Notes: a model not told the origin generated them from the letters alone. 36,649 nt of DNA from a virus (IMGVR_UViG_3300025277_000060:1-36649), one strand, 5' to 3'; counted from the first letter of the stretch, positions 9,689 through 19,131 are shown. Program-made: numbers and translations.

Positions 9689-10590
9689 ACTTCTACCTCC
9701 CGTTTCTTTAATTTAGTGTACCAGATTATAGGTCTTTGTGTTGCTTGTGTACCAACTCTTCTATGTTGTTCTGCAGAAGGCCAGCATTGTTTCTTATAAT
9801 CACAATAGCTACAAATAGTATGCATCAGTCTATTTCCTGTAGCAATAATCTCACCCTTTCGTTTACCATATTGTACTCTAAATGTTTCTTCTCTGTCTGC
9901 AAATTCCTTTTTAAGAGGTTTATTTGCTGTCATAGTTTTAGCATTCTTCTCTGCTTTTTCCAATTCCTCATCCGAATCTTCCTCTTGATAATCCGGTGCC
10001 TCACAAACAGCCCATTCACCCGATGCTTTGTCTATAACAATCCACCCACCAAAATCCATATTCTTTGCTTTGCTGTACAGGTATCCCTGCATAAGATAAC
10101 CAAAAGCATCATCTTCTTTTACCTTATTGTATCCACCAAACTCTCCACCAAATTTTTTAGAGAAAGCATACGGGGATGCTGATTTTATATCCCAAACTTT
10201 GCCATCAATAACAACGTCAAGAGTACCATCAAGTTTACAGGATTTTAAATCAAGAGAAACTTTTTCTTGTTCTGATTCTACATTAACTTCTGATGATTTC
10301 AGTATAACCATAGCAATTGCTTCTATTATATCACCAAATAAAAATCGCATAATTGAATTATACGCTATTTCTTTATCTGATCCATTTTTATCATGCCATT
10401 GTTGACATAATGGCCTACCTAAACCACTCATGCGTAATGAATAACTACCCCTGCCACGAGATATTTGTTTGACAAGAGCTTTTCCACAATTGTCTTTAAA
10501 TTCTTCTATAAGTTCAGGGTCTAGATCAATGCCCTCTCTTGTGGCACGATCTAGAAACCCTTGCACTTTCATGAAAATAGGATTAAACAC
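9685..10590 (-). CDS. PD-(D/E)XK / Cas4-like exonuclease with a probable Fe-S cluster
   Basis: LRMSGLG..C, GTLD, WDIKS, Q..LY and C-terminal CSYCDYKKQC. Confidence 0.85.
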   Translation of the reverse strand: MFNPIFMKVQGFLDRATREGIDLDPELIEEFKDNCGKALVKQISRGRGSYSLRMSGLGRPLCQQWHDKNGSDKEIAYNSIMRFLFGDIIEAIAMVILKSSEVNVESEQEKVSLDLKSCKLDGTLDVVIDGKVWDIKSASPYAFSKKFGGEFGGYNKVKEDDAFGYLMQGYLYSKAKNMDFGGWIVIDKASGEWAVCEAPDYQEEDSDEELEKAEKNAKTMTANKPLKKEFADREETFRVQYGKRKGEIIATGNRLMHTICSYCDYKKQCWPSAEQHRRVGTQATQRPIIWYTKLKKREVEV

Positions 10591-10593
10591 AAC

Positions 10594-11457
10594 CTATCCA
10601 GTTGTTCCGTCTAAAACTTCACTAAAATTAGATAGATCACCGGCTTTAGTTCGTTTTTCCTTTTCCGTTTTCCATGCATTAATAACCTTCTTGTTTATAG
10701 CATCTCTGGTTTCAAAGAATTTATTCAGTAATTCTTGATCACCATCCTTTGTTTGTATATTTTTTAACACAGAAAGGATAGGAACATAATAAGAATTACC
10801 ACCAAGTTTCTTCCTTGAAGTAACAATCTTGTTAACTACAGCATTCATAACCTGTTTCCGACCTATCATTTTTATATGATCACTAACAGGTATAAAACTT
10901 GATCCTCTTATATACCAAACAGAAGGAGTTTCATTCTTCATTTCTATCTTCTTGCCATCAGCATCTACAGGATCAATAAGTCTTACAGTATTGTATAAAA
11001 CCTGATTGCATTTTACACTTTTATGCAAAGTTAACTCTGGACTATCTTTTGGCAAATTATCTACTTCACTTTTTGTTAATCTACCACAACGAAAGTTGCC
11101 TTCAGTGTCATAGAAATCAGCACTTAAACTCGGTGCTTGAATTGTTTGACAACCAAAAGTATTTTCTGCTACATCCCACCTACTATAAGTATAGAATCTG
11201 CAGAATATCCTTAATTCAGCCTCTTTAGCATATACCATAGTATTAAGTTCGGGAATTTTCAAAGAGAATTGACCACGAGGTATATTTCTTCCCTCGTTAT
11301 CTTCTTCACTATGATTAATGGAAAAACGAGGCAAACCTTGATTACTTTCAAGACTTGTATCATTTTGTCCTGTAAGAGCAGCTATTTCTTGTATAGACAT
11401 AGTTTTCAAGGAAGGAACTGCACTTACCTTATTTACTGCAATGTCATTAGACATCAT
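10594..11457 (-). CDS. Putative ssDNA-binding/annealing protein
   Basis: 287-aa ORF between PolA and the exonuclease; function inferred from position only. Confidence 0.45.
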   Translation of the reverse strand: MMSNDIAVNKVSAVPSLKTMSIQEIAALTGQNDTSLESNQGLPRFSINHSEEDNEGRNIPRGQFSLKIPELNTMVYAKEAELRIFCRFYTYSRWDVAENTFGCQTIQAPSLSADFYDTEGNFRCGRLTKSEVDNLPKDSPELTLHKSVKCNQVLYNTVRLIDPVDADGKKIEMKNETPSVWYIRGSSFIPVSDHIKMIGRKQVMNAVVNKIVTSRKKLGGNSYYVPILSVLKNIQTKDGDQELLNKFFETRDAINKKVINAWKTEKEKRTKAGDLSNFSEVLDGTTG

Positions 11458-11472
11458 CGCTTTTCTCCACTA

Positions 11473-13557
11473 TCAGAGTGTTAAAACATTATCCATGTTA
11501 AGCCAATTATCACCCATTTTTAATTCAATGCCAATCGGCATATCATAGTTAATGTTGTATCTACGTTTAGCCTCTGATTTAATACTCAACATAGATTCTT
11601 TTAATATTTCAATTGCATCTTGCTCCTCTTCAGGATACACATCAAGAACAATTGAATCATGTACGGTATTGCATACCACAGACTTCATTCCTTTGTCAAG
11701 TAAAAATTTTCTTAAATTTATTAAAGCTAAAGGAAGTAGATCTGCTGTAGCAAATCCCTGTACAGGATAGTTTTTTATGGCTGTAGCATGGGAAGAACCC
11801 CCACTGAACACCCTACGAACATCAGGAAAATGATAAACCCTACCAGAAGGTAGAGTAATTTTCTTTTTCTGTATAGCCTCATTCTGCAATAGCACATGCC
11901 ATCGTGCAACATCTGAATATCTGGCCTTAAATAAATCGTAGTAGGCGACTTCTTTTTCGGTTCCATAAGTACCTCCATATAGTGGTTTAAATGTATGTGC
12001 TTTTGCTTCTTGTCTGGTAACTTCTAATGCTTCTGCAGAAAAGGTATGTACATCAAAACCTTTTGAAACATCCTCGTAGACCTGTTTATCTTTTGCTAAA
12101 AATCCTGCAACACGAAATTCTAACTGTGAGTAATCTCCCTCAAGGATTTTACCCTTTTTCCATCTTGATACTATACAACTACGTACAGGAAAGGTGCCAC
12201 CTCTCGGCATATTTTGAAAGTTTGGATTGCGAGAAGATAGTCTTCCCGTAGCAGTTACGCATTGCATATAGTGTGGATGAATAAAATTCTTATTATCCAT
12301 TCCTTTTTCAATGCCATCCACAAAAGTTCTTAAATATGTACTAATAGCGTTGTACTTTATATAGGAACTTACAAATTTCTTTTGCTCTTTATTGGCAGTC
12401 AATGCTAAAGTTTCTAATGTAAGTCTATCTGTTTTAAATCCATGAGAACTTACATCATAAGAATCTTTTGGTACAAGTTTAAATCCGGCAACTTTACCTG
12501 TAGGGATAAACATCAATCCCTCCCCCTCGCAAGTTTTACAAATTCTTTTAGCTTTTCCCACTGTACCATCCTTCTTTAAAGGATTAAAATATCCTCTCCC
12601 TCTACAAGAGACACACCTCTTCGCCTCTGTCTGTTGAAGAACAGAAGTATTTGCCCGTACCTTTCTAACAAAGTCATCCCGTTTATATCTTCTAACTTGT
12701 TTCTTTTTTCTAGAATTTCCCCGTAGTTCATATCCTAAATTAAAAGTAGCAGACCAATACTTTTTATCCTGTACAGCCCGACTGTATAAAACTTTTGATC
12801 TATCCTCCGGACTATCTAAATTTACAGGAGTGTCTCCCATTACACGTTTAACTTCCTCATTAAGAAATTCATGTAACTCATTGTATTCATTGTTATATTG
12901 TTCTCTAATTTCAGTAAGAGAATCAGCATCAATTTTCATTCCATTATTTTCCATTTCGGTAAGAACTTTGCATAGGTCATTCATTAGATGAATAGTTGGA
13001 AAAAGACCATCATCTGCTTTTTCATGTTGTGAATGAAATAGTTGTTTAGTTACTTCTACATCTGCTCTACCATATTCTTCTAAAATGTCCCAAGGTATAT
13101 TGTCAAAAGATACACCATCTTTTAAATACTGTTCCGTTAAATCTACACGTTTTTCATCAAGGCCATACCTTTGGGAACATTGAGCCAAAGATAATCCTAC
13201 CTTATCTCCACCATGCATGACATATTCTGCTATCATTGTATCATATAATTCTTTATTATACCGAAAATTACAAGCAAGCAACCACTTTAAATCAAATTTA
13301 ATGTTGTGTCCTACTAATATGTCAGTATTATCCAGAACTTTTTGTAATATGTCAAAGCCATTTTCTGTTGGTTCTTTATCTTTATGGGTAAAACAAAGGT
13401 AGCCCTCTTCCCATTTAGCAGTTTCATGATAGGATGTTCTTGTATCCGTAATGTAACCAACAGATACTAACATATTTCCTGTATAGGGATCAGCGTCTAC
13501 CTTCCCATCTGTATTCTTTTTAAATGTTGTTTCTATATCAAGGATAGTTACTCGCAT
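11473..13557 (-). CDS. polA: Family A DNA polymerase with 3'-5' exonuclease and DnaJ-type Zn-finger insertion
   Basis: ExoI LDIET, ExoII HNIKFD, ExoIII YGRAD, TATGRLSS, motif A DYSQLEFR, motif B KAHTFKPLYG, motif C VHDS; inserted CVSCRGRG...CKTCEGEG. Confidence 0.96.
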   Translation of the reverse strand: MRVTILDIETTFKKNTDGKVDADPYTGNMLVSVGYITDTRTSYHETAKWEEGYLCFTHKDKEPTENGFDILQKVLDNTDILVGHNIKFDLKWLLACNFRYNKELYDTMIAEYVMHGGDKVGLSLAQCSQRYGLDEKRVDLTEQYLKDGVSFDNIPWDILEEYGRADVEVTKQLFHSQHEKADDGLFPTIHLMNDLCKVLTEMENNGMKIDADSLTEIREQYNNEYNELHEFLNEEVKRVMGDTPVNLDSPEDRSKVLYSRAVQDKKYWSATFNLGYELRGNSRKKKQVRRYKRDDFVRKVRANTSVLQQTEAKRCVSCRGRGYFNPLKKDGTVGKAKRICKTCEGEGLMFIPTGKVAGFKLVPKDSYDVSSHGFKTDRLTLETLALTANKEQKKFVSSYIKYNAISTYLRTFVDGIEKGMDNKNFIHPHYMQCVTATGRLSSRNPNFQNMPRGGTFPVRSCIVSRWKKGKILEGDYSQLEFRVAGFLAKDKQVYEDVSKGFDVHTFSAEALEVTRQEAKAHTFKPLYGGTYGTEKEVAYYDLFKARYSDVARWHVLLQNEAIQKKKITLPSGRVYHFPDVRRVFSGGSSHATAIKNYPVQGFATADLLPLALINLRKFLLDKGMKSVVCNTVHDSIVLDVYPEEEQDAIEILKESMLSIKSEAKRRYNINYDMPIGIELKMGDNWLNMDNVLTL

Positions 13558-13795
13558 CTTTCACCTTTACTATTGACCATGTAGTTTTTTCATCTTCATT
13601 ACCCCATTCTCGCCATTCCAGCTCATCGTAGTCATCCCATTTTTGATACATGGCAACATCTAAAGCATACTCTGCATCTTGTAAATTTTTAAAGACTACG
13701 TTTTGCCTACGGTTTTCCTCACACCTTAAATGCCTTATCTTACCTGTTTTATTGTCTACTCCTCTTACTTTAAATCCACCAGTATGTTTTTTCAA
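13538..13795 (-). CDS. Hypothetical protein
   Basis: Probable TTG start at 13795 overlapping the upstream TGA, with a GGGAG RBS. Confidence 0.6.
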   Translation of the reverse strand: MKKHTGGFKVRGVDNKTGKIRHLRCEENRRQNVVFKNLQDAEYALDVAMYQKWDDYDELEWREWGNEDEKTTWSIVKVKDASNYP

Positions 13796-14013
13796 TACTC
13801 TTCTCCCGTATATAAAAAGATAGGTGTGCTTTCCCCTACCCAAGACCCCACTACATTAAAATCAAAGTACTCCATTGCTTGTTCTTCTGTCATACCATCC
13901 CTTTCTATAAGTATGTTTATGCACTCATGTACATCATACACTAATAAATCCGGTTGTCCACATCTTCTACCAACACCTACTATTGCCTTATCAAATCCAT
14001 CAGCTTTTAACAT
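13792..14013 (-). CDS. Conserved phage hypothetical protein
   Basis: ADGFDxAIxG...EEAxEYFxFNxxG.W.GExTP pattern recognised from marine phage proteins. Confidence 0.75.
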   Translation of the reverse strand: MLKADGFDKAIVGVGRRCGQPDLLVYDVHECINILIERDGMTEEQAMEYFDFNVVGSWVGESTPIFLYTGEEY

Positions 14014-14020
14014 ATTCTAC

Positions 14021-14362
14021 TCACACAGAAAAACTTTCTCCACACCCACATTCAGATGTAGCATTAGGATTAACTATTTTTAAATACGATCCAGCAATAT
14101 CATCTATAAAATCTATTTGTGTACCAAGAATGTACATGGTAACAAAAGGATCTATATAAAGAAAGCCTTCATTTAAACCTATCATGTCATTTTCTTCAGC
14201 AGTCTTAGGTTGCTCTTCTAAAAGATCCCATTTATAATTAAATCCTGCACAACCTCCCCCATCAACTGACAGAGAAACTCCCTTAACCTTATTTTTTATT
14301 ACAATCTTTGATAAGTGCTTATTTGCTTTATCTGTTATTGTAACCACATCTGGTTTCATCAT
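14021..14362 (-). CDS. iscA: A-type Fe-S cluster carrier (IscA/SufA/ErpA, HesB family)
   Basis: GGGCAG(F)xY and C-terminal NPNA..CGCGESF signatures. Confidence 0.92.
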   Translation of the reverse strand: MMKPDVVTITDKANKHLSKIVIKNKVKGVSLSVDGGGCAGFNYKWDLLEEQPKTAEENDMIGLNEGFLYIDPFVTMYILGTQIDFIDDIAGSYLKIVNPNATSECGCGESFSV

Positions 14363-15597
14363 AATTCATACCTTGCTCTAAAAATGTCAATAGAACATGT
14401 TACCGTTCCATGCCATCCATTAAGTTTATTTTTAGATATACATAAATGCCTTATATAATCCTCTTCTTCTCCGTAGTTTTTGCCAATTCCAATAATTAAA
14501 TCAGCCTCTGCTGCCTTCCCTGTTCTGCTATTTTCCAGCATACTAAAATCCACCTCCTGTCTACCTTGTGCATCATACGATGCTTGTGATACAGCCCAAA
14601 GTAATACCTGATGCTTTTTTGCAAGAGTTCTTGATCCCTCGTATAATGCTCTTAATTTTTCGTCAAGCCTTATAAAATTACCATTTATTACCGTTTTGTC
14701 AAGTTGATCTATTAATACTATGTCTGGCTTATGAATATCAAGAAATTTATCAATTTCAATCAAGGATATACCTCTACCCTCCAACAAATCAAAATTAGGT
14801 TCTATTTCTTTTTTGTATATAATCATTGAATCTTCAATGTGTTCTTTTAATTCATCAACTGATCTTCGTAAGTAAGCAGAGAATACTCTACCTTTAACTA
14901 ACCGACCCGGCTCTTCGTTGGCAAAGTATGCCACTTTAAATCCCTGCCTTATATACTCTGCAACCAAGTATGTACAGAAAGTTGTCTTCCCTGTTTCCGG
15001 TCTAGCAAAAACTATACCAAGATTACCCCTTCCTGCACCATTTAGTTTATCAGCAAGAGGTTGTAGTTCAAACTTAAATTCAAATCCTTCATCCCATTTC
15101 TCTATGTAATCTTTCACAGTGTCTTCCACTTTTGTAAAGTTTGCATCATCTTCCGGTGTTTTTTCTATAGCAGTATCTACAAGAGAACGTAACATAGTAA
15201 AGTCATCACTGTTGCCTAACCAAATGTCAGCAGATAAATCGCTTATCTTATGTGCCTTATCCTTTCTCCAAAAGTCTACTATAAGATCTTTAAGTATATC
15301 CTTATTCATTGGCTTATACTTGTCAAGTTCTTTTATAACCTCTTCTATAGGTTCTCTTGATGAATCCGGCAATGCAGGATACTTATTTCTATGCAATTGA
15401 ATAAGGGTATTAATATCTAAATCACTGTCATACTTCTTCTGTGCAGAGGCTATAGTATCAAAAATAGTCCCTACACCATTGGCAAACATCTCTTTAGAGA
15501 CAACATCTTGAGTTTCCTTAAAGAAATCTTTGATCATACAAGCTGATAGTATTTGTTTTTCAATTGTCAATCCAACTACTCCTTCAGCCCACGACAA
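14359..15597 (-). CDS. Superfamily 4 (DnaB/T7 gp4-like) replicative helicase
   Basis: Walker A ARPETGKT, NEE, Walker B IVLIDQ, VSQA, EAD, SKNK; start may be TTG 15570 (GGAG RBS). Confidence 0.92.
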   Translation of the reverse strand: MSWAEGVVGLTIEKQILSACMIKDFFKETQDVVSKEMFANGVGTIFDTIASAQKKYDSDLDINTLIQLHRNKYPALPDSSREPIEEVIKELDKYKPMNKDILKDLIVDFWRKDKAHKISDLSADIWLGNSDDFTMLRSLVDTAIEKTPEDDANFTKVEDTVKDYIEKWDEGFEFKFELQPLADKLNGAGRGNLGIVFARPETGKTTFCTYLVAEYIRQGFKVAYFANEEPGRLVKGRVFSAYLRRSVDELKEHIEDSMIIYKKEIEPNFDLLEGRGISLIEIDKFLDIHKPDIVLIDQLDKTVINGNFIRLDEKLRALYEGSRTLAKKHQVLLWAVSQASYDAQGRQEVDFSMLENSRTGKAAEADLIIGIGKNYGEEEDYIRHLCISKNKLNGWHGTVTCSIDIFRARYEL

Positions 15598-16274
15598 CTA
15601 AAGTTAGCAGAAAGTGTTCTTCTTTCTCCCTTTCCAAAAAATGGAGTAACAGAATGTAATAACCAATGAGGAAATATTATCATCTTCCCTTCTTCCGGAA
15701 CTATATATTCAGATGAAGGATGTCGGAGATCTACCATTTCTTTTCGTGAAGTTACACCCCAAAGTAATTGTGTAAATCCATCCACATCTCCTGATGCATT
15801 ATTGTGGTCTAATTCTAAATAGCCAGCATCATTTTTCATTAATTTAGTTCTTTTTTTTATACAGTCAGGAACTTTTAAGTACAATACAGAAGACATACCA
15901 ATAGGAGTAGTATCTGTTTCCACCCCATGATCATGCAACAAATTATAATCTCCAGAAAAACTATGTACAGTCCAACATTCATAAGCATGGGCTGATAGCT
16001 TTCTTTTAAAACCTTGTGTTAATAATTTTGTAGCACAATTATCAATAACATTTTTAAACTTCTTTCCAAATTCAGTATCCATAGGAAAGTCTAACTGTGC
16101 TGATTTTTTATCTTGCCTTATTTGACCTACAAGTTTAGATGCATAATCTTCATTAGCTGGAACAGTAGTCTTATCAACATACCCATTAATTTCACTAACA
16201 AAATCTTTTGGGAAGTAAATCGTAGCCATAGTTAATATTGGCTTTGCCTCTAGTCTAATTTTTATATCATCCAT
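15576..16274 (-). CDS. 2OG-Fe(II) oxygenase-like protein (TIGR02466-type)
   Basis: W...YNLLHDH, SSVLYLKVP, P.EG.MIIFP.WL.HSV.PF and R.TLSAN motifs. Confidence 0.85.
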   Translation of the reverse strand: MDDIKIRLEAKPILTMATIYFPKDFVSEINGYVDKTTVPANEDYASKLVGQIRQDKKSAQLDFPMDTEFGKKFKNVIDNCATKLLTQGFKRKLSAHAYECWTVHSFSGDYNLLHDHGVETDTTPIGMSSVLYLKVPDCIKKRTKLMKNDAGYLELDHNNASGDVDGFTQLLWGVTSRKEMVDLRHPSSEYIVPEEGKMIIFPHWLLHSVTPFFGKGERRTLSANFSCRGLKE

Positions 16275-17037
16275 TAAATTCTCCTAAAATATTTTCTTTT
16301 GTCCAAGTTTTTATGTCCTTATCAATTAGCTTTAGTTTTGTCCGTACATGAATGGACAGCTCATGTACAAGCTTCATTGCTTTCTTTGACGCATCTTTAT
16401 CTAAAGCAATTGTTACCTGCTCATACCCCTTACAGTATTTTAAATATTCTGTCAACAAATTTGTCCCCATCAAAGCCATGCCTTTAATGTCAGCCATTGT
16501 CAACGCACAGGCACTGGCACAGTCCTCAACAATTACAAGATGATCACTGTCATTTTTTGTAACGAATGGCACTCGTGATGATGCGTACCTTTTCCATTTT
16601 GGTTTGATTTTTGTCAGCGATCTACCTACGGCATCTACAAGAGTTTTATCTTTGTATACAAGAAACACACACCTGTCTTCCCTGACATCATACCGAATGT
16701 CAGCGTATCTGTTTTCATAAGCATAATGTGCCTGTACAGAATGGAGATAGTCAACTACTCTATTAGACCTTCCCACTCCAACCCACTGTTTGTCATATAC
16801 AGAAAGATCTATTCCTTTCCTCTTCGTAGGTTCAGCCGATAAAGAGATCTGCCTACCCGTCTTTGTAGATCCTTTAATTTGACAGTCAGCATGATAGCAA
16901 TTGTACAACAGCTTGCCAGAAACATTAGAAACATTGAAAGTATTCCTACGATTACAAACAGGGCAGTCGCCTCTATATGTTTCCTCATTAGGTATAGATA
17001 GTGCCTTAACAAATTCAAATACATTCTCTTTATCCAT
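16267..17037 (-). CDS. DNA primase (Zn finger + TOPRIM)
   Basis: CPVC...CYHADC Zn-binding domain, VIVED, ALMGT, IALDKDA. Confidence 0.9.
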   Translation of the reverse strand: MDKENVFEFVKALSIPNEETYRGDCPVCNRRNTFNVSNVSGKLLYNCYHADCQIKGSTKTGRQISLSAEPTKRKGIDLSVYDKQWVGVGRSNRVVDYLHSVQAHYAYENRYADIRYDVREDRCVFLVYKDKTLVDAVGRSLTKIKPKWKRYASSRVPFVTKNDSDHLVIVEDCASACALTMADIKGMALMGTNLLTEYLKYCKGYEQVTIALDKDASKKAMKLVHELSIHVRTKLKLIDKDIKTWTKENILGEFNG

Positions 17038-17067
17038 TACTAATACCTTTTTATAATTCTACTTAAA

Positions 17068-17096
17068 TCATTATACTATACCAGAACTCTTGTCAA
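17068..17096 (-). promoter_or_regulatory. Putative sigma70 promoter for the replication operon
   Basis: Minus-strand TTGACA (17096-17091); TATAAT at 15-nt spacing or TAATGA at 17-nt spacing. Confidence 0.55.
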
Positions 17097-17120
17097 TAAA
17101 AATATTTTTTTTATTAGGTA

Positions 17121-17149
17121 TTGACATTTATAATACTATATACTATATG
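17121..17149 (+). promoter_or_regulatory. Putative sigma70 promoter for early genes, divergent from the replication promoter
   Basis: TTGACA 17121-17126, 17 nt, then TATATG; AT-rich upstream element. Confidence 0.55.
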
Positions 17150-17155
17150 TATATA

Positions 17156-17359
17156 ATGGAAGATTTAAATAATAAAGTATCTGATAGTTTTTCAAAAGAA
17201 CTTCTTGACTTATGTAATAAGTATATGTTACTAGGAATAGATAGAGCTGAACAATGTACTATTATACTTAATGTATTTACTGGAATATATATTACATTTA
17301 TACATGAAATAGAAACACTAATAAAAGAAAAGGAAAAACCCGATGAAACTTTACACTGA
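17156..17359 (+). CDS. Hypothetical early protein
   Basis: ATG 17156 (MEDLNNK...) just downstream of the promoter; no RBS, possibly leaderless. Confidence 0.6.
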   Translation: MEDLNNKVSDSFSKELLDLCNKYMLLGIDRAEQCTIILNVFTGIYITFIHEIETLIKEKEKPDETLH

Positions 17360-17657
17360 AACATTAGTAACTTCAGCTATTAAAAACATGGTAGGTCATA
17401 AAATATTTAAAGCTATGTTTGTAAAAAGAAATGGTGAAGTTAGAGAAATGAATTGTAGATTAGAAGTTAAGAAACATTTGAAAGGGGGAAAAAATGTAAA
17501 TAATAAAGATAGGTATTTAACAGTTTATGATTTAAAGAGTAAAGGTTATAGAAATATAAACCTTAATACTATTATAGAAATTAGATGTGGTGGAAATATA
17601 ATCAAACGATTTACAGGAAACACTGGTAACATCTATGTTTTAGCAAAGGAAAAGTGA
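17343..17657 (+). CDS. WYL_2 / Sm-like SH3-barrel protein (DUF2693-like)
   Basis: F.K.NGE.R.M.C...YLTVYDL...GYR.INL pattern; AAGGA RBS. Confidence 0.75.
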   Translation: MKLYTETLVTSAIKNMVGHKIFKAMFVKRNGEVREMNCRLEVKKHLKGGKNVNNKDRYLTVYDLKSKGYRNINLNTIIEIRCGGNIIKRFTGNTGNIYVLAKEK

Positions 17658-17658
17658 T

Positions 17659-17910
17659 ATGTTAGTAGATGATTTTTATACATTAGGCTCTGCATTAATG
17701 CGTTCACAATTTGGATTGCCTACTGTATATGTAATGAAAGATAGTGAATACCAAAAACTTATCAACAAAAGAATAGAGAGTAGAATACAAGGTCTTGAAG
17801 AACATAAAAAAAGTCTTACAGCAGGTATGGAAAATGCTGATAGACAGATAGCTAAACTTAAAGAAGAACTTCAAGAAGTACCAAAAGAAGTAACTAAAGA
17901 GAAGTCATAA
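17659..17910 (+). CDS. Hypothetical coiled-coil protein
   Basis: RBS, heptad-like C-terminus. Confidence 0.7.
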   Translation: MLVDDFYTLGSALMRSQFGLPTVYVMKDSEYQKLINKRIESRIQGLEEHKKSLTAGMENADRQIAKLKEELQEVPKEVTKEKS

Positions 17911-18158
17911 TGGAACTCTTATATTATGCCATAATTTCATACTGTTTAAGTACCTGTTCAGTAGCTGAAGATTTTACAAGATATGTATATACACCTGCAG
18001 TTTCTTTAGAAGAGTGTATGCAAGCAACAGAAGAAATGGCAAAGTGGGAGAGAAAACAGCATAATGAGTTAGTGCATAAACCAATTAATACTCTCTGTGT
18101 ACAAACAGGAGTTATGTCAGAAGAACGTTTGTCTCTACATAAAGAATGGCATCCATGA
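17910..18158 (+). CDS. Hypothetical protein with hydrophobic N-terminus and Cys pattern
   Basis: TAATG coupling; CxxxC...C...C. Confidence 0.7.
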   Translation: MELLYYAIISYCLSTCSVAEDFTRYVYTPAVSLEECMQATEEMAKWERKQHNELVHKPINTLCVQTGVMSEERLSLHKEWHP

Positions 18159-18325
18159 CAAATATTATAACATTAGTAAATGAAAATAAGATATTAAAAA
18201 AGAATGTCAAAGATTTACAGGGACAACTACAGATGGCGTATAAGAAAATATATGAGTTGACAGAAAGATTGAATAGGTATAAGGTCAGAGAAAGTACTCA
18301 AAGTGAGGAGAAACACTATGACTGA
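18155..18325 (+). CDS. 56-aa coiled-coil protein (MTNIITLVNENKILKKNVKDLQGQLQMAYKKI...)
   Basis: ATGA overlap with the upstream stop; fills the gap; not in the ORF track. Confidence 0.7.
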   Translation: MTNIITLVNENKILKKNVKDLQGQLQMAYKKIYELTERLNRYKVRESTQSEEKHYD

Positions 18326-18680
18326 AAACACTTTTATTAAATGGATAAAAGATGAAGCTAAAGATTATGAAAGGAGAAAAGCTGTGCCTAAAAAGAAAGA
18401 AGAAAAAAGTCAGATAAGTGATGCTGTACTGAAACTTGTCAATATTACTAAAGAACTAACAAGACATATTGACGAGTGTGGAATACGGTACATTACTTAC
18501 AATGATGTACACAAAGTTGAAGATGCTATAGACATTGTTGTAGAAGAAACAAATTTAAAACTCCAAAAACACGTTCATGAAGCTGGTGAACAAAAAGGAG
18601 AACTGTCAAGAGCATGGTGGTCTGATTTTGTTAGAGCAGATGACCCAAGAGCATTTAAGGAGGAAGAAGATGGAAAATAA
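18318..18680 (+). CDS. Hypothetical protein
   Basis: GAGGAG RBS before ATG 18318. Confidence 0.75.
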   Translation: MTENTFIKWIKDEAKDYERRKAVPKKKEEKSQISDAVLKLVNITKELTRHIDECGIRYITYNDVHKVEDAIDIVVEETNLKLQKHVHEAGEQKGELSRAWWSDFVRADDPRAFKEEEDGK

Positions 18681-18927
18681 GAAATACCACACTAGAAAAG
18701 GAATGACACCTCAAATTATTAACATACTTAAAGACGGAGAGTGGCATACTGTACAGGAAATCTCAAAAGAGATTGGATATTTAGAAACAGGAACGTCAGC
18801 AGGTATCCGTAGTTTAAGAAAAGACGCTTATGGCAACTTAAATATTGTTGGCAGGTGGTTAGGTGGAGTTTACCACTATCGTCTTGAAGAGGGTAAGTGG
18901 GGTGAACAGTTAGAACTTGCTGTATAG
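18670..18927 (+). CDS. Winged-HTH DNA-binding protein
   Basis: IINILKDGEWHTVQEISKEIG..ETG.SA.IR.LRK...YRL pattern; GGAGG RBS before ATG 18670. Confidence 0.75.
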   Translation: MENKKYHTRKGMTPQIINILKDGEWHTVQEISKEIGYLETGTSAGIRSLRKDAYGNLNIVGRWLGGVYHYRLEEGKWGEQLELAV

Positions 18928-18933
18928 AAAAGT

Positions 18934-19040
18934 TTTGTTGGTGCAGGCATGAAAGGACTTTATTGTCAGTACAGGCTAAATGCTTAAAATTATACCTGTC
19001 TCAGTGAATTGACACATGGAGTATAAAATATGCCAACAAA
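18934..19040 (+). ncRNA. Candidate structured ncRNA (multi-stem junction)
   Basis: Closing stem 18934-18943/19031-19040; internal stems 18945-50/18980-85, 18990-95/19021-26 and 18997-19000/19011-14; followed by a terminator. Confidence 0.4.
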
Positions 19041-19044
19041 GGAA

Positions 19045-19081
19045 AGAGAGTGGTCTTTAATTAGACTGCTCTTTTTTTTTT
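19045..19081 (+). terminator. Intrinsic terminator
   Basis: AGAGTGGTCT/AGACTGCTCT stem (2 GU pairs) followed by a ~10-T run. Confidence 0.8.
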
Positions 19082-19082
19082 G

Positions 19083-19111
19083 TTGACAAGGTTTTTAATC
19101 TGTAGTAGTGC
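19083..19111 (+). promoter_or_regulatory. Putative sigma70 promoter
   Basis: TTGACA 19083-19088 right after the terminator; weak -10 (TAGTGC) at 17 nt. Confidence 0.45.
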
Positions 19112-19131
19112 TTGGATAGAAAGGAAAAAAG

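Noticed and set aside
9685-10590. Cas4-like nuclease as a sign of a CRISPR system
   Set aside because: No repeat-spacer array or other cas genes; stand-alone Cas4-like exonucleases are common in phage replication modules
6298-13557. Inteins or introns in RNR or PolA, and an alternative genetic code
   Set aside because: Genes are contiguous and of normal length with no splicing motifs; all three stop codons terminate genes under the standard code
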